Shown: positions 25,908-32,670 of the stretch, piece by piece
Layout of the letters: every line of letters starts with the position of its first letter
Position numbering within the stretch: position 1 is the first letter of the stretch
IMG/VR virus record: IMGVR_UViG_3300046836_000218
Location: 1 to 37,960 of that record
Reading direction: 5' to 3' (one strand)
Source of the DNA: a virus
DNA: 37,960 bases
Made by a program: the position numbers and the translations under genes
The notes under the pieces: generated by a model
What the model saw: the letters and a program-made list of their open reading frames with translations, nothing else
Databases searched by the model: none
What the model was told of the DNA's origin: nothing

Positions 25908-26132
25908 CTATTTCTTGTCACAACAGGATGGAGGTCTTCTGAGGAGCCGTTCGCGTTCTTCAGGGTGCTTGGCCAGCTGATAAGCAAGGCCAGGGCCGCA
26001 GTGACGATCGCGGATGCAGTAGAGGAGCCCGGCATTGACGGTGAAGCTGCCTGCCTGGTTCATAACGTTGGTGTAATCAGACGGTTGAAGAATAGGGAAC
26101 ATGCCGGATTGTGCCGGTGGGATTTCAAACAT
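25908..26132 (-). CDS. Hypothetical 74-aa protein divergent from the RHH gene
   Basis: Internal ATG at 26132 with GGAGA upstream. The longer 108-codon form has no RBS. Confidence 0.4.
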   Translation of the reverse strand: MFEIPPAQSGMFPILQPSDYTNVMNQAGSFTVNAGLLYCIRDRHCGPGLAYQLAKHPEERERLLRRPPSCCDKK

Positions 26133-26263
26133 GGATGCGTATCTCCAGGTGTTTCTCGATACTGGGTGCCCGCACAGCTTTATGGGGAAATGTTGCAGAA
26201 CGGCAATGTCGCGTAGCCGACATAGTAGTCCCACCGGGACTGCATGTATAGCCTGTTATACGC

Positions 26264-26285
26264 TTAACCTGTGCCTAACCTGTGC
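26264..26285. promoter_or_regulatory. Tandem 11-bp direct repeat (candidate RHH operator)
   Basis: TTAACCTGTGC followed by CTAACCTGTGC, lying between the divergent ORFs 25908..26132 and 26326..26517. Confidence 0.45.
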
Positions 26286-26325
26286 ATAAATTAGGTGTTT
26301 ATGTGACAAGTGCACTAGAACAAAG

Positions 26326-26517
26326 ATGATCATGATGTCTACGAATAGAATCGTAAGAGTGCCGGTTCTGATTAATTTGCAGGAACTGGATATCCTCGAC
26401 CAGCTTGCCAATGAAAAGGGTTTATCTCGTTCAGCATGTTTGCGGCAGGCATATCTGGAGCAGGCAAAAGAAATAGGGATCTCGTACCGAGATCCCCGAG
26501 TTACCAAGAAGAAATAG
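26326..26517 (+). CDS. Ribbon-helix-helix (Arc/Mnt/CopG-like) DNA-binding protein
   Basis: RVPVLINLQELDILDQLANEKGLSRSACLRQAYLE fits the RHH beta-strand plus two-helix pattern. Confidence 0.65.
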   Translation: MIMMSTNRIVRVPVLINLQELDILDQLANEKGLSRSACLRQAYLEQAKEIGISYRDPRVTKKK

Positions 26518-26521
26518 CAGT

Positions 26522-27205
26522 TTATTCGCGGCTTCTTGCAATCTCCAGGACCACCGTCCCGACAATGCTTATCCCGTCATTGAGTGGATTCTCTGTGCGG
26601 AAAGCGTCATCTTCAGGGAGCAGTGCGAAACCTTCAGTGCGGTCAGCATATTTGCGCACCACCACTTCGGATTTCTGCGTCTTGGTCCTGTAAATCGCTG
26701 CAATAACCAGGTTTTTAGGCTTAGCAATGAGCCCCGGTTCGACAACAACCTTGTCGCCGACCTTTAGTCGTGGACGCATGGCATCGTCGTTTATGACGAA
26801 GACGAAGGCATCCTCTGCGAAGCTCCCATCTGTCAGGTATATCTCGCTCTGACCGCCTAATTCATGAGCTGGATGATCGATCGTGAGAACCCCGGCGGCA
26901 TCGCGCCTGATCATATCGGCAGTATAGACATTCAGGGGAACCACGCGAACGTTGAATGCGGCTCTCGGATCGTATAAATGTGACACCTCCACATTCAGGG
27001 CGTCTGCGATTCTCTTCAGGCTGCTGTGAGAAAATCCCTTCCCCGTATCCTCCACTCGCTTGATGTTCGCCTTATCCCAGCGCGGCACGCATCGCTCCCC
27101 CAGTTCCTCCAGGGACCAACACTTCTCAATCCGTAGTCTCTTTACATTCCTGCCCACAATATTTTCAAGCGATTTGTTGCCGAAATCCATGCATTGATTA
27201 TGCAT
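26522..27205 (-). CDS. CI-like repressor: XRE HTH plus S24 (LexA-like) domain with substituted catalytic Ser
   Basis: N-terminal HTH (VKRLRIEKCWSLEELGERC). The C-terminus AFVFVINDDAMRPRLKVGDKVVVEP...EVVVRKY...IVGTVV aligns to the S24 GDSMxP...GD...K pattern, but with Ala in the Ser position. Confidence 0.8.
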   Translation of the reverse strand: MHNQCMDFGNKSLENIVGRNVKRLRIEKCWSLEELGERCVPRWDKANIKRVEDTGKGFSHSSLKRIADALNVEVSHLYDPRAAFNVRVVPLNVYTADMIRRDAAGVLTIDHPAHELGGQSEIYLTDGSFAEDAFVFVINDDAMRPRLKVGDKVVVEPGLIAKPKNLVIAAIYRTKTQKSEVVVRKYADRTEGFALLPEDDAFRTENPLNDGISIVGTVVLEIARSRE

Positions 27206-27206
27206 T

Positions 27207-27275
27207 TCCGTAGTCAGGAATGCTACTAGTAAATTTTAGTCTTGTAGTTTCAACGTAGTTGTAGGCTATACTACG
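27207..27275. promoter_or_regulatory. O_R-like operator region with P_R candidate
   Basis: TCCGTAGTCAGGAATGCTAC at 27207..27226 matches the O_L 20-mer at 19 of 20 positions. CGTAGT-N10-ACTACG at 27254..27275. Plus strand: TTGTAG (27242) and TATACT (27267) upstream of cro. Confidence 0.5.
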
Positions 27276-27289
27276 GCGGCGGAGGCTAC

Positions 27290-27562
27290 ATGGTCGAAAT
27301 TCTGATTGAAACGCGAGCCAAATACGAGCTCTCAAGATACGCAGTGGCTAAGGCTGCCGGGATGGATCGCAACAACTACAAAAGGCTTGAACTGGGGGAA
27401 TACAAACCGTCTGAAGGTGTCGCCCTTAATATAGTCGACGCGTTTACGCAACTGGTTGGAACCAAGGTCATTACCTACAAGAAAGACAACAGTGGTTTCC
27501 GTCAGCACCAGAAGCGCGGCAAGGCTGCCAAGACAGCAACCAGGAGAGCCAAAGCCGCATAA
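27290..27562 (+). CDS. cro: Cro-like HTH regulator
   Basis: Divergent from the repressor gene. GGAGG RBS. YELSRYAVAKAAGMDRNNYKRLELGEY is an HTH. Basic tail. Confidence 0.7.
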   Translation: MVEILIETRAKYELSRYAVAKAAGMDRNNYKRLELGEYKPSEGVALNIVDAFTQLVGTKVITYKKDNSGFRQHQKRGKAAKTATRRAKAA

Positions 27563-27653
27563 GGTTACTGGCCATCAGTTAGAGGAAGTGGCGGTGAGTT
27601 TTACCCCTCGTTTTGAAGCAACAAGCCCTATTGCAAAGTGACGACAAAACCCG

Positions 27654-28358
27654 ATGTCTAACCGAAAAATAAATATGCCAACTACCCAAAATTCAGATAA
27701 TTATCTCGCTCTGCCCGCCAGCGACATGAATCAGATCCCAAAGTACCGTTCAGGCGTATATGCGCTCTGGAGCGGCCAGGAATGCATTTACGTCGGCAGT
27801 TCAACGAATCTCTACCTCAGAATTGGCTGGCACAACCACACAGGCAAATTCGATCGAGCGACGTGGGCGGAGTTTCCCGAGGATCTTCTTGAGTCTAAGG
27901 AACGTGAGTGGTTCGACCGTCTCAGCCCTGTACTGAACCAAAACAAGATTAAGAGATCTCAGCGTCTTCCCCGGGCATGGCGATGGCAGCCTCGCGTTCA
28001 GAAGTGGGCGCGGATCTCCTTTGGGGCTGTCGATGGGTGGCGAAGGATTGGGTATTGTGTTGTGGTTGAGCGTCCTAAGCCTGGATATCACCATCCCAAC
28101 GCTCTGCCCCAAAAAGAGGAGATGAAAGCAGTAAATCTTCTCAAGACAACCAGAGAGAAATATAAGTTCTCCTTTGGCGTAATCGCAGCGGTAGCCGGGA
28201 TAGATCGCAGCAACTACCGAAAGATTGAGCTAGGGATCTACTCGACATCCGTAGAGACGGCCACAAAGATAGCCAACGCCTTCACTAAGTTGACTGGAAC
28301 GAAGGTCATCACGAGGGAAGACGTTATTTTCTTGAAAACCAACGGGCAGGTGAACTAA
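27654..28358 (+). CDS. GIY-YIG nuclease domain fused to a Cro-paralogous HTH domain
   Basis: N-terminus: SGVYALWSGQECIYVGSSTNLYLRI...EREWF...LNQ (GIY, YIG, R, E, N). The C-terminus KYKFSFGVIAAVAGIDRSNYRKIELGIYSTS...ANAFTKLTGTKVIT aligns with Cro KYELSRYAVAKAAGMDRNNYKRLELGEYKPS...VDAFTQLVGTKVIT. Confidence 0.7.
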   Translation: MSNRKINMPTTQNSDNYLALPASDMNQIPKYRSGVYALWSGQECIYVGSSTNLYLRIGWHNHTGKFDRATWAEFPEDLLESKEREWFDRLSPVLNQNKIKRSQRLPRAWRWQPRVQKWARISFGAVDGWRRIGYCVVVERPKPGYHHPNALPQKEEMKAVNLLKTTREKYKFSFGVIAAVAGIDRSNYRKIELGIYSTSVETATKIANAFTKLTGTKVITREDVIFLKTNGQVN

Positions 28359-28362
28359 GCCC

Positions 28363-28719
28363 ATGCCCAGAACCAAGCCAGCCGCCGTCCAGCCGCAGTT
28401 CAGCTTGTTTGTTGCCGAACATTTCCGCGATCACGGCATAGCTCGTGCAGCGAGTACGCGTGAGGCATTGCTTGACGAGGCTCGAGCGATAGCCGTGCGG
28501 ATCTGCAAGACCCGAGGGGAAGTGACTTACGACGACGTGTACCTGGAGATGCTTGAGCGTGGGCTCAAGCCGGAGAACATCGGCAATGCTGCAGGGTCGT
28601 TGTTCAGGGGCTCGCAGTTCAGGTTTACGGGCCGTTGGAGCAAGTCGACGCGGGTGTCGAATCACGCTCGGGTGAACAGGGTTTGGCGGTTGGACGAGCC
28701 GAAGTCAGGGGTGCAGTGA
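28363..28719 (+). CDS. Hypothetical protein
   Basis: 118-codon ORF. Its stop overlaps the next start (TGATG). Confidence 0.55.
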   Translation: MPRTKPAAVQPQFSLFVAEHFRDHGIARAASTREALLDEARAIAVRICKTRGEVTYDDVYLEMLERGLKPENIGNAAGSLFRGSQFRFTGRWSKSTRVSNHARVNRVWRLDEPKSGVQ

Positions 28720-29276
28720 TGCCTGCAGCGACCTGGCGTAAGTGGTATCCGCACGACATAGAGAAGTGGAATAGCTCTCCTGCTATCCAACTTTTGTCGG
28801 ATGCGGCGTATCGGGCGTATCACAGCCTTATTATGTGCCAGTGGGAGTCTGCGGAAGGGTATCTACCTGAAAATGAGAGACTTCTCCAGACTCTGGCCAG
28901 AGTCCGTACAGAGTCTGAGTGGAGTCTGGTCAGAGTCGAGATTTTACCGTTGTTTTTACATGAAAATGGGCATGTTTTTAGTGCCAAACAACGTACAGAA
29001 TGGCTACGTGCGAAGGCAGTAAGTAATAGAAAAGGCAGGACTTTTCCAGACTCTGACCAGACTCCGTCCAGAGTCCGTCCAGTATCTGGACACAATAACA
29101 ATAACAAGGACATGTTAAATACCCCCCCTACCCCCCGGGGGGCAAGACGTTCTGCGAAGGCTGTAATCGGTATCGCCAAAACCCCTGAAAACCATCCGTT
29201 CGAACCAGACGCAGACGGCTACTGCAAACGCTGCGCGTTCGCCAAGGATCACCAATCGCACCAGGAGGCCGCATGA
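28719..29276 (+). CDS. DUF1376 (YdaU-like) replication-associated protein
   Basis: WRKWYPHDIEKWNSSPAIQLLSDAAYRAYHSLIMCQWES fits the DUF1376 N-terminal pattern. Start taken at ATG 28719. Confidence 0.6.
   Translation: MPAATWRKWYPHDIEKWNSSPAIQLLSDAAYRAYHSLIMCQWESAEGYLPENERLLQTLARVRTESEWSLVRVEILPLFLHENGHVFSAKQRTEWLRAKAVSNRKGRTFPDSDQTPSRVRPVSGHNNNNKDMLNTPPTPRGARRSAKAVIGIAKTPENHPFEPDADGYCKRCAFAKDHQSHQEAA
28886..29089. repeat. Two clusters of phased 11-bp iterons (candidate origin of replication)
   Basis: 28886..28940: CCAGACTCTGG CCAGAGTCCGT ACAGAGTCTGA GTGGAGTCTGG TCAGAGTCGAG. 29046..29089: CCAGACTCTGA CCAGACTCCGT CCAGAGTCCGT CCAGTATCTGG. An AT-rich stretch lies between the clusters and another after them. 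Confidence 0.6.
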
Positions 29277-29566
29277 CTACCTACCCCTGCAAGCATTGCC
29301 AGAAGCCCATCACTCGCCTGAAGTCCTGCCTTGACTGTCGCCTGATCGAGTCTCAGGCCGTGAAGGCGAATGCCCAGACGTTGCGTGAAGAGTGGGCTGA
29401 GAGTTTTGCGGATCGTCAGTCGCGGAAGGAAGCGCGCCGCGAGTACCGCAGGAAGATCGGCATCACTGCGAAGGCTACCACGCGAATGACTCCGCGCATG
29501 CTGAATCAGCTTTTGAAGTGCAAGGACGATGCCGCAAGGCGAATTCTTCTGGGGAAATCGGCATGA
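29273..29566 (+). CDS. Hypothetical Zn-ribbon / basic protein
   Basis: CKHCQKPITRLKSCLDC. ATGA-coupled at both ends. Confidence 0.55.
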   Translation: MTTYPCKHCQKPITRLKSCLDCRLIESQAVKANAQTLREEWAESFADRQSRKEARREYRRKIGITAKATTRMTPRMLNQLLKCKDDAARRILLGKSA

Positions 29567-31050
29567 CCTATGGATCGGTTTGCAGCGGAATCGAGGCAGC
29601 ATCTGCGGCATGGGAGCCGATGGGCTGGAATGCTTCGTTCTTTGCCGAGATTGAGAAGTTCCCGTCGTCAGTTCTCAATCACCATTACCCGGAGGTTCCT
29701 AATGTCGGAGACTTTAGTCGAATTGCAACTGTTCTCAATCATGCCGATGAACAGCGGCAAGGACTACAAGGCGCGGCGGGTGGATGTGGCGCAGCCTCTG
29801 ATGACATCTCAGGTCGGCGGGAATCAGGGCGGGGATTATGTGGTGATAGTGCCGCCGAGTGGGGTGCAAATCTCCAGAGAGGAGCAATCGACCTTCTGGT
29901 CGGAGGAACACCTTGCCAGGATTTCTCAGTCGCCGGACTGCGAGCGGGAATGGACGGAGCGCGTGGTCAGCTCACCATCGAGTTTGCTAACCTTGCTGGC
30001 AGACTACGGCCCCGATGGCTGGTATGGGAGAACGTCCCCGGCGTCCTGTCGATTGATGGAGGAAGGGCGTTTGGAACCTTTCTCGGACTCCTGGGGCAAC
30101 TCGGGTATGGGGTCGCCTACCGAGTTCTTAACGCTCAACACTTCGGAGTTCCACAGCGCCGCCGTCGCGTCTTCGTTGTCGGACATCTTGGAGACTGGCG
30201 ACGTGCCGCAGCGGTACTTTTTGAGCGCAACAGCATGTCGGGGCATCCTGCGCCGCGCAGAGAAACGGGGCAAGCGGCTACCGGAGGCTTTACGTTTGGC
30301 ATTGACGAAGAGTGCAACGTCTCAGATGACCAGTTCGGCCCACTGCTTCGAGGTGGACAAGGCGGAACCCGTCAAGCTGTCGCCAGTACCGGAGATGTTA
30401 GCTGCGTCCATGTAGCACCTACGCTGCGAGCTGGAGGTAATCGGACGGGCGGAGATCGGCCACCGGGAACGGATGTGGACACCTGCGAGACGCTGATTGC
30501 CCACTCCCTCCGCGGCGAGGGCTTCGATGCCAGCGAGGACGGTACGGGGAGGGGAACGCCGCTGGTTACCGCTTTCTCCGCTAAGGATTACGGAGCCGAT
30601 GCAACGGAAGGGCTAACTCCCACACTTCGCGCTGGTGGATTCGATAAGAGTCACGCTAACAGCGGCAACTGGATGGCGGTGGCTATCCAGAACGCAACAC
30701 GCGGCAAGGATCAGAATGGCCTTGGCGTAAGCGATGACGGCAGCATGTACACGCTCGATCAGGGAAGCCAACATGCGGTGGCGTTCGGTGCGCAGATGAG
30801 CACTCCGCATTGGCAGCATGACCTGAGCGACACACTACAAGCCAAGAACCCCAAGGCTGTGCAGTTCGGAATGGCAGTGCGGCGTCTGACTCCCCGCGAG
30901 TGCGAACGCCTACAGGGATTCACCGACGACTACACAAAGATCAGCGACAAGACAGCAGATGGGCCCAGATACAAGGCACTCGGTAACTCCTTTGCCGTTC
31001 CGGTTGTTCGCTGGATAGGCGAGCGAATCCAGATGGTGGAGAACTTATGA
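29563..31050 (+). CDS. DNA (cytosine-5) methyltransferase (orphan)
   Basis: Motifs seen: GSVCSGIEAAS (I), GGTPCQDFSVAG (IV), LVWENVPGV (VI), QRRRRVFVVG (VIII), LTPRECERLQGF (IX), GNSFAVPVVRWI (X). No restriction endonuclease gene was recognised nearby. Confidence 0.9.
   Translation: MTYGSVCSGIEAASAAWEPMGWNASFFAEIEKFPSSVLNHHYPEVPNVGDFSRIATVLNHADEQRQGLQGAAGGCGAASDDISGRRESGRGLCGDSAAEWGANLQRGAIDLLVGGTPCQDFSVAGLRAGMDGARGQLTIEFANLAGRLRPRWLVWENVPGVLSIDGGRAFGTFLGLLGQLGYGVAYRVLNAQHFGVPQRRRRVFVVGHLGDWRRAAAVLFERNSMSGHPAPRRETGQAATGGFTFGIDEECNVSDDQFGPLLRGGQGGTRQAVASTGDVSCVHVAPTLRAGGNRTGGDRPPGTDVDTCETLIAHSLRGEGFDASEDGTGRGTPLVTAFSAKDYGADATEGLTPTLRAGGFDKSHANSGNWMAVAIQNATRGKDQNGLGVSDDGSMYTLDQGSQHAVAFGAQMSTPHWQHDLSDTLQAKNPKAVQFGMAVRRLTPRECERLQGFTDDYTKISDKTADGPRYKALGNSFAVPVVRWIGERIQMVENL
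29702..30415 (+). CDS. Candidate overprinted ORF in an alternative frame of the methyltransferase gene
   Basis: The frame is open over 29570..30415 (281 codons). An internal ATG at 29702 has GGAGG at 29691..29695 (6-nt spacer). The translation looks protein-like. Unverified. Confidence 0.3.
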   Translation: MSETLVELQLFSIMPMNSGKDYKARRVDVAQPLMTSQVGGNQGGDYVVIVPPSGVQISREEQSTFWSEEHLARISQSPDCEREWTERVVSSPSSLLTLLADYGPDGWYGRTSPASCRLMEEGRLEPFSDSWGNSGMGSPTEFLTLNTSEFHSAAVASSLSDILETGDVPQRYFLSATACRGILRRAEKRGKRLPEALRLALTKSATSQMTSSAHCFEVDKAEPVKLSPVPEMLAASM

Positions 31051-31110
31051 CAAGAGGCTACTGCGAAACCTGCCCTTGTAACTTCTGCACCAAGGTACGA
31101 AAGGAACGAG

Positions 31111-31614
31111 ATGCCAAGCGAAGCGATCGCGAACTCGGAGATCAGAAGCCTGATGGAACTGAGCAGCCCGAAGGACAGGCAAATGATTGAGATCACGCTG
31201 CACGGCATCAGCGCCGCACCACAAGGCTCAGGCCGCGCCATGCTGATCGGCGGCAAGGCTCGCTTCATAGGCACATCAAGCAATGCCGGCGGAAAGCGAT
31301 TACGGGCTTACAGGGGCGCTCTGAGCAATCAGGCTAGGCAAACCCTCATCCGCAACGGCAAGATGCAGCCCTGGGCCAAAAAACACGTTCCGCTGTGCCT
31401 TGAGATTACGTTCTTCTTCGTTCCGCCGAAGAGTATGCCGAAGAAGCGCAGGGGAATGGTTGTAACTCCCGACGTCGATAAATGTATCCGGAGCACGCTC
31501 GATTCTCTGACTGGAATTCTGTTTCACGACGACGCGCAGGTTGTCTCGGTTGTAGCCAGGAAGCTATATGCCAGTTTTGATGGTGTTCGTATCGAAGCAA
31601 GGGAAGCGGCATGA
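31111..31614 (+). CDS. rusA: RusA-family Holliday junction resolvase
   Basis: TPDVDKCIRSTLDSLTGILFHDDAQVVSVVARKLY matches the RusA PDxDN...D(D/S)...K pattern. The true start may be ATG 31183 (MIEITLHG, AAGGA upstream). Confidence 0.75.
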   Translation: MPSEAIANSEIRSLMELSSPKDRQMIEITLHGISAAPQGSGRAMLIGGKARFIGTSSNAGGKRLRAYRGALSNQARQTLIRNGKMQPWAKKHVPLCLEITFFFVPPKSMPKKRRGMVVTPDVDKCIRSTLDSLTGILFHDDAQVVSVVARKLYASFDGVRIEAREAA

Positions 31615-31748
31615 TCTGGCTCATCGGCATGATCTGCCTGCTCGAAGCCTGCGCCATCATCCTGCTCTTCATCAACCGCAGCGTCATCCTCAACCACTTA
31701 GACAACACCCACGAAGAAATCTGCAGACTGCAAAGGAAAATCAAATGA
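31611..31748 (+). CDS. 45-aa single-TM micro-protein
   Basis: MIWLIGMICLLEACAIILLFINRS... Its ATGA overlaps the rusA stop, and its stop overlaps the ssb ATG (ATGA). Confidence 0.45.
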   Translation: MIWLIGMICLLEACAIILLFINRSVILNHLDNTHEEICRLQRKIK

Positions 31749-32155
31749 GTAAGGGAATCAACAAAGTAATTTTGATGGGCCACATTGGCAAAGATCCAGA
31801 GATCCGCACCGCTGCCGGTGGAGCCCTGATAGCAAACCTTACCCTTGCAACCAACGACCGCCGCAAGGGGCCCGACGGCACGTATACAGACGTCAGCGAA
31901 TGGCACGCACTGACTGCCTTCAGCCGTATTGCCGAACTCTGCCGCGACTACGTCAAGAAGGGCAGCCAGGTATTCATCGAAGGCAAACTCCAAACTCGAA
32001 GCTGGGACGATAAGGAATCAGGGCAGAAGAAGTACAAAACCGAAATCCTTGTCAATGAACTCACCCTGATCGGCGGCAAGGGTAAGCAGGAGCCCGAGAC
32101 TGAAGCAAACGTCCACGGGCAGCACATCACGGACGATGATCTGCCACCGTTCTAG
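31745..32155 (+). CDS. ssb: Single-stranded DNA-binding protein
   Basis: MSKGINKVILMGHIGKDPEIR...WH...FIEGKLQTRSWDDK...K(Y)KTEI, with an acidic tail DDDLPPF. AAAGGA RBS. Confidence 0.9.
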   Translation: MSKGINKVILMGHIGKDPEIRTAAGGALIANLTLATNDRRKGPDGTYTDVSEWHALTAFSRIAELCRDYVKKGSQVFIEGKLQTRSWDDKESGQKKYKTEILVNELTLIGGKGKQEPETEANVHGQHITDDDLPPF

Positions 32156-32163
32156 GAGATCGC

Positions 32164-32394
32164 ATGATCAAGTGGATTGCCATCGGAACTGTCGCAGTAT
32201 TTGCCATCTGCGTTTACTCCATGCATGAGGACGAACAGCGATGGCAGGTTTACAGCGCTGCCCACCATTGCAAACTGGTCGCAATAGTCGGAGCCAACTC
32301 TGCGAGTGGAATGGCTGGCGGAAATGCTCTAGTAATAGTGACTCCTGAGAGAAAGACTTATGTCTGCGATGACGGAATGAGCGTGACACGATGA
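32164..32394 (+). CDS. Hypothetical protein with N-terminal TM segment
   Basis: 76-codon ORF, ATGA-coupled to the next gene. Confidence 0.5.
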   Translation: MIKWIAIGTVAVFAICVYSMHEDEQRWQVYSAAHHCKLVAIVGANSASGMAGGNALVIVTPERKTYVCDDGMSVTR

Positions 32395-32636
32395 GATTCA
32401 GCCGAAGAAGAAAACTTGCCGCGGACGTGACTAAAATCACCGTCACCATAACCGTCGATGCCCACGAAATGCTCGACAGAATCGCAGGCCAGGACTCACT
32501 CGCCGCCACAGTCGAAGAACTCATCATCCGCGAATACCGCAGACGAGAGAAGCGGCTATCTATGGCATTAGAGAATTCCTGTTGCCCAGATACCAGTGCA
32601 ATGCAAAACTCTCCAAGAGAGAAATCTCCCGTATAG
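32391..32636 (+). CDS. Possible ribbon-helix-helix regulator
   Basis: KITVTITVDAHEMLDRIAGQDSLAATVEELIIREY has an RHH-like beta-alpha-alpha pattern. Confidence 0.45.
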   Translation: MRFSRRRKLAADVTKITVTITVDAHEMLDRIAGQDSLAATVEELIIREYRRREKRLSMALENSCCPDTSAMQNSPREKSPV

Positions 32637-32670
32637 CCTGCCGTATGTTCACGCCGGGCGTCCGGCAGGC
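32636..32670 (+). other. Compound hairpin in an intergenic region
   Basis: GCCTGCCG ... CGGCAGGC forms an 8-bp outer stem enclosing ACGC-CGG-GCGT. No U-tract follows. CCCCTGGGG lies at 32677..32685. Confidence 0.4.
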
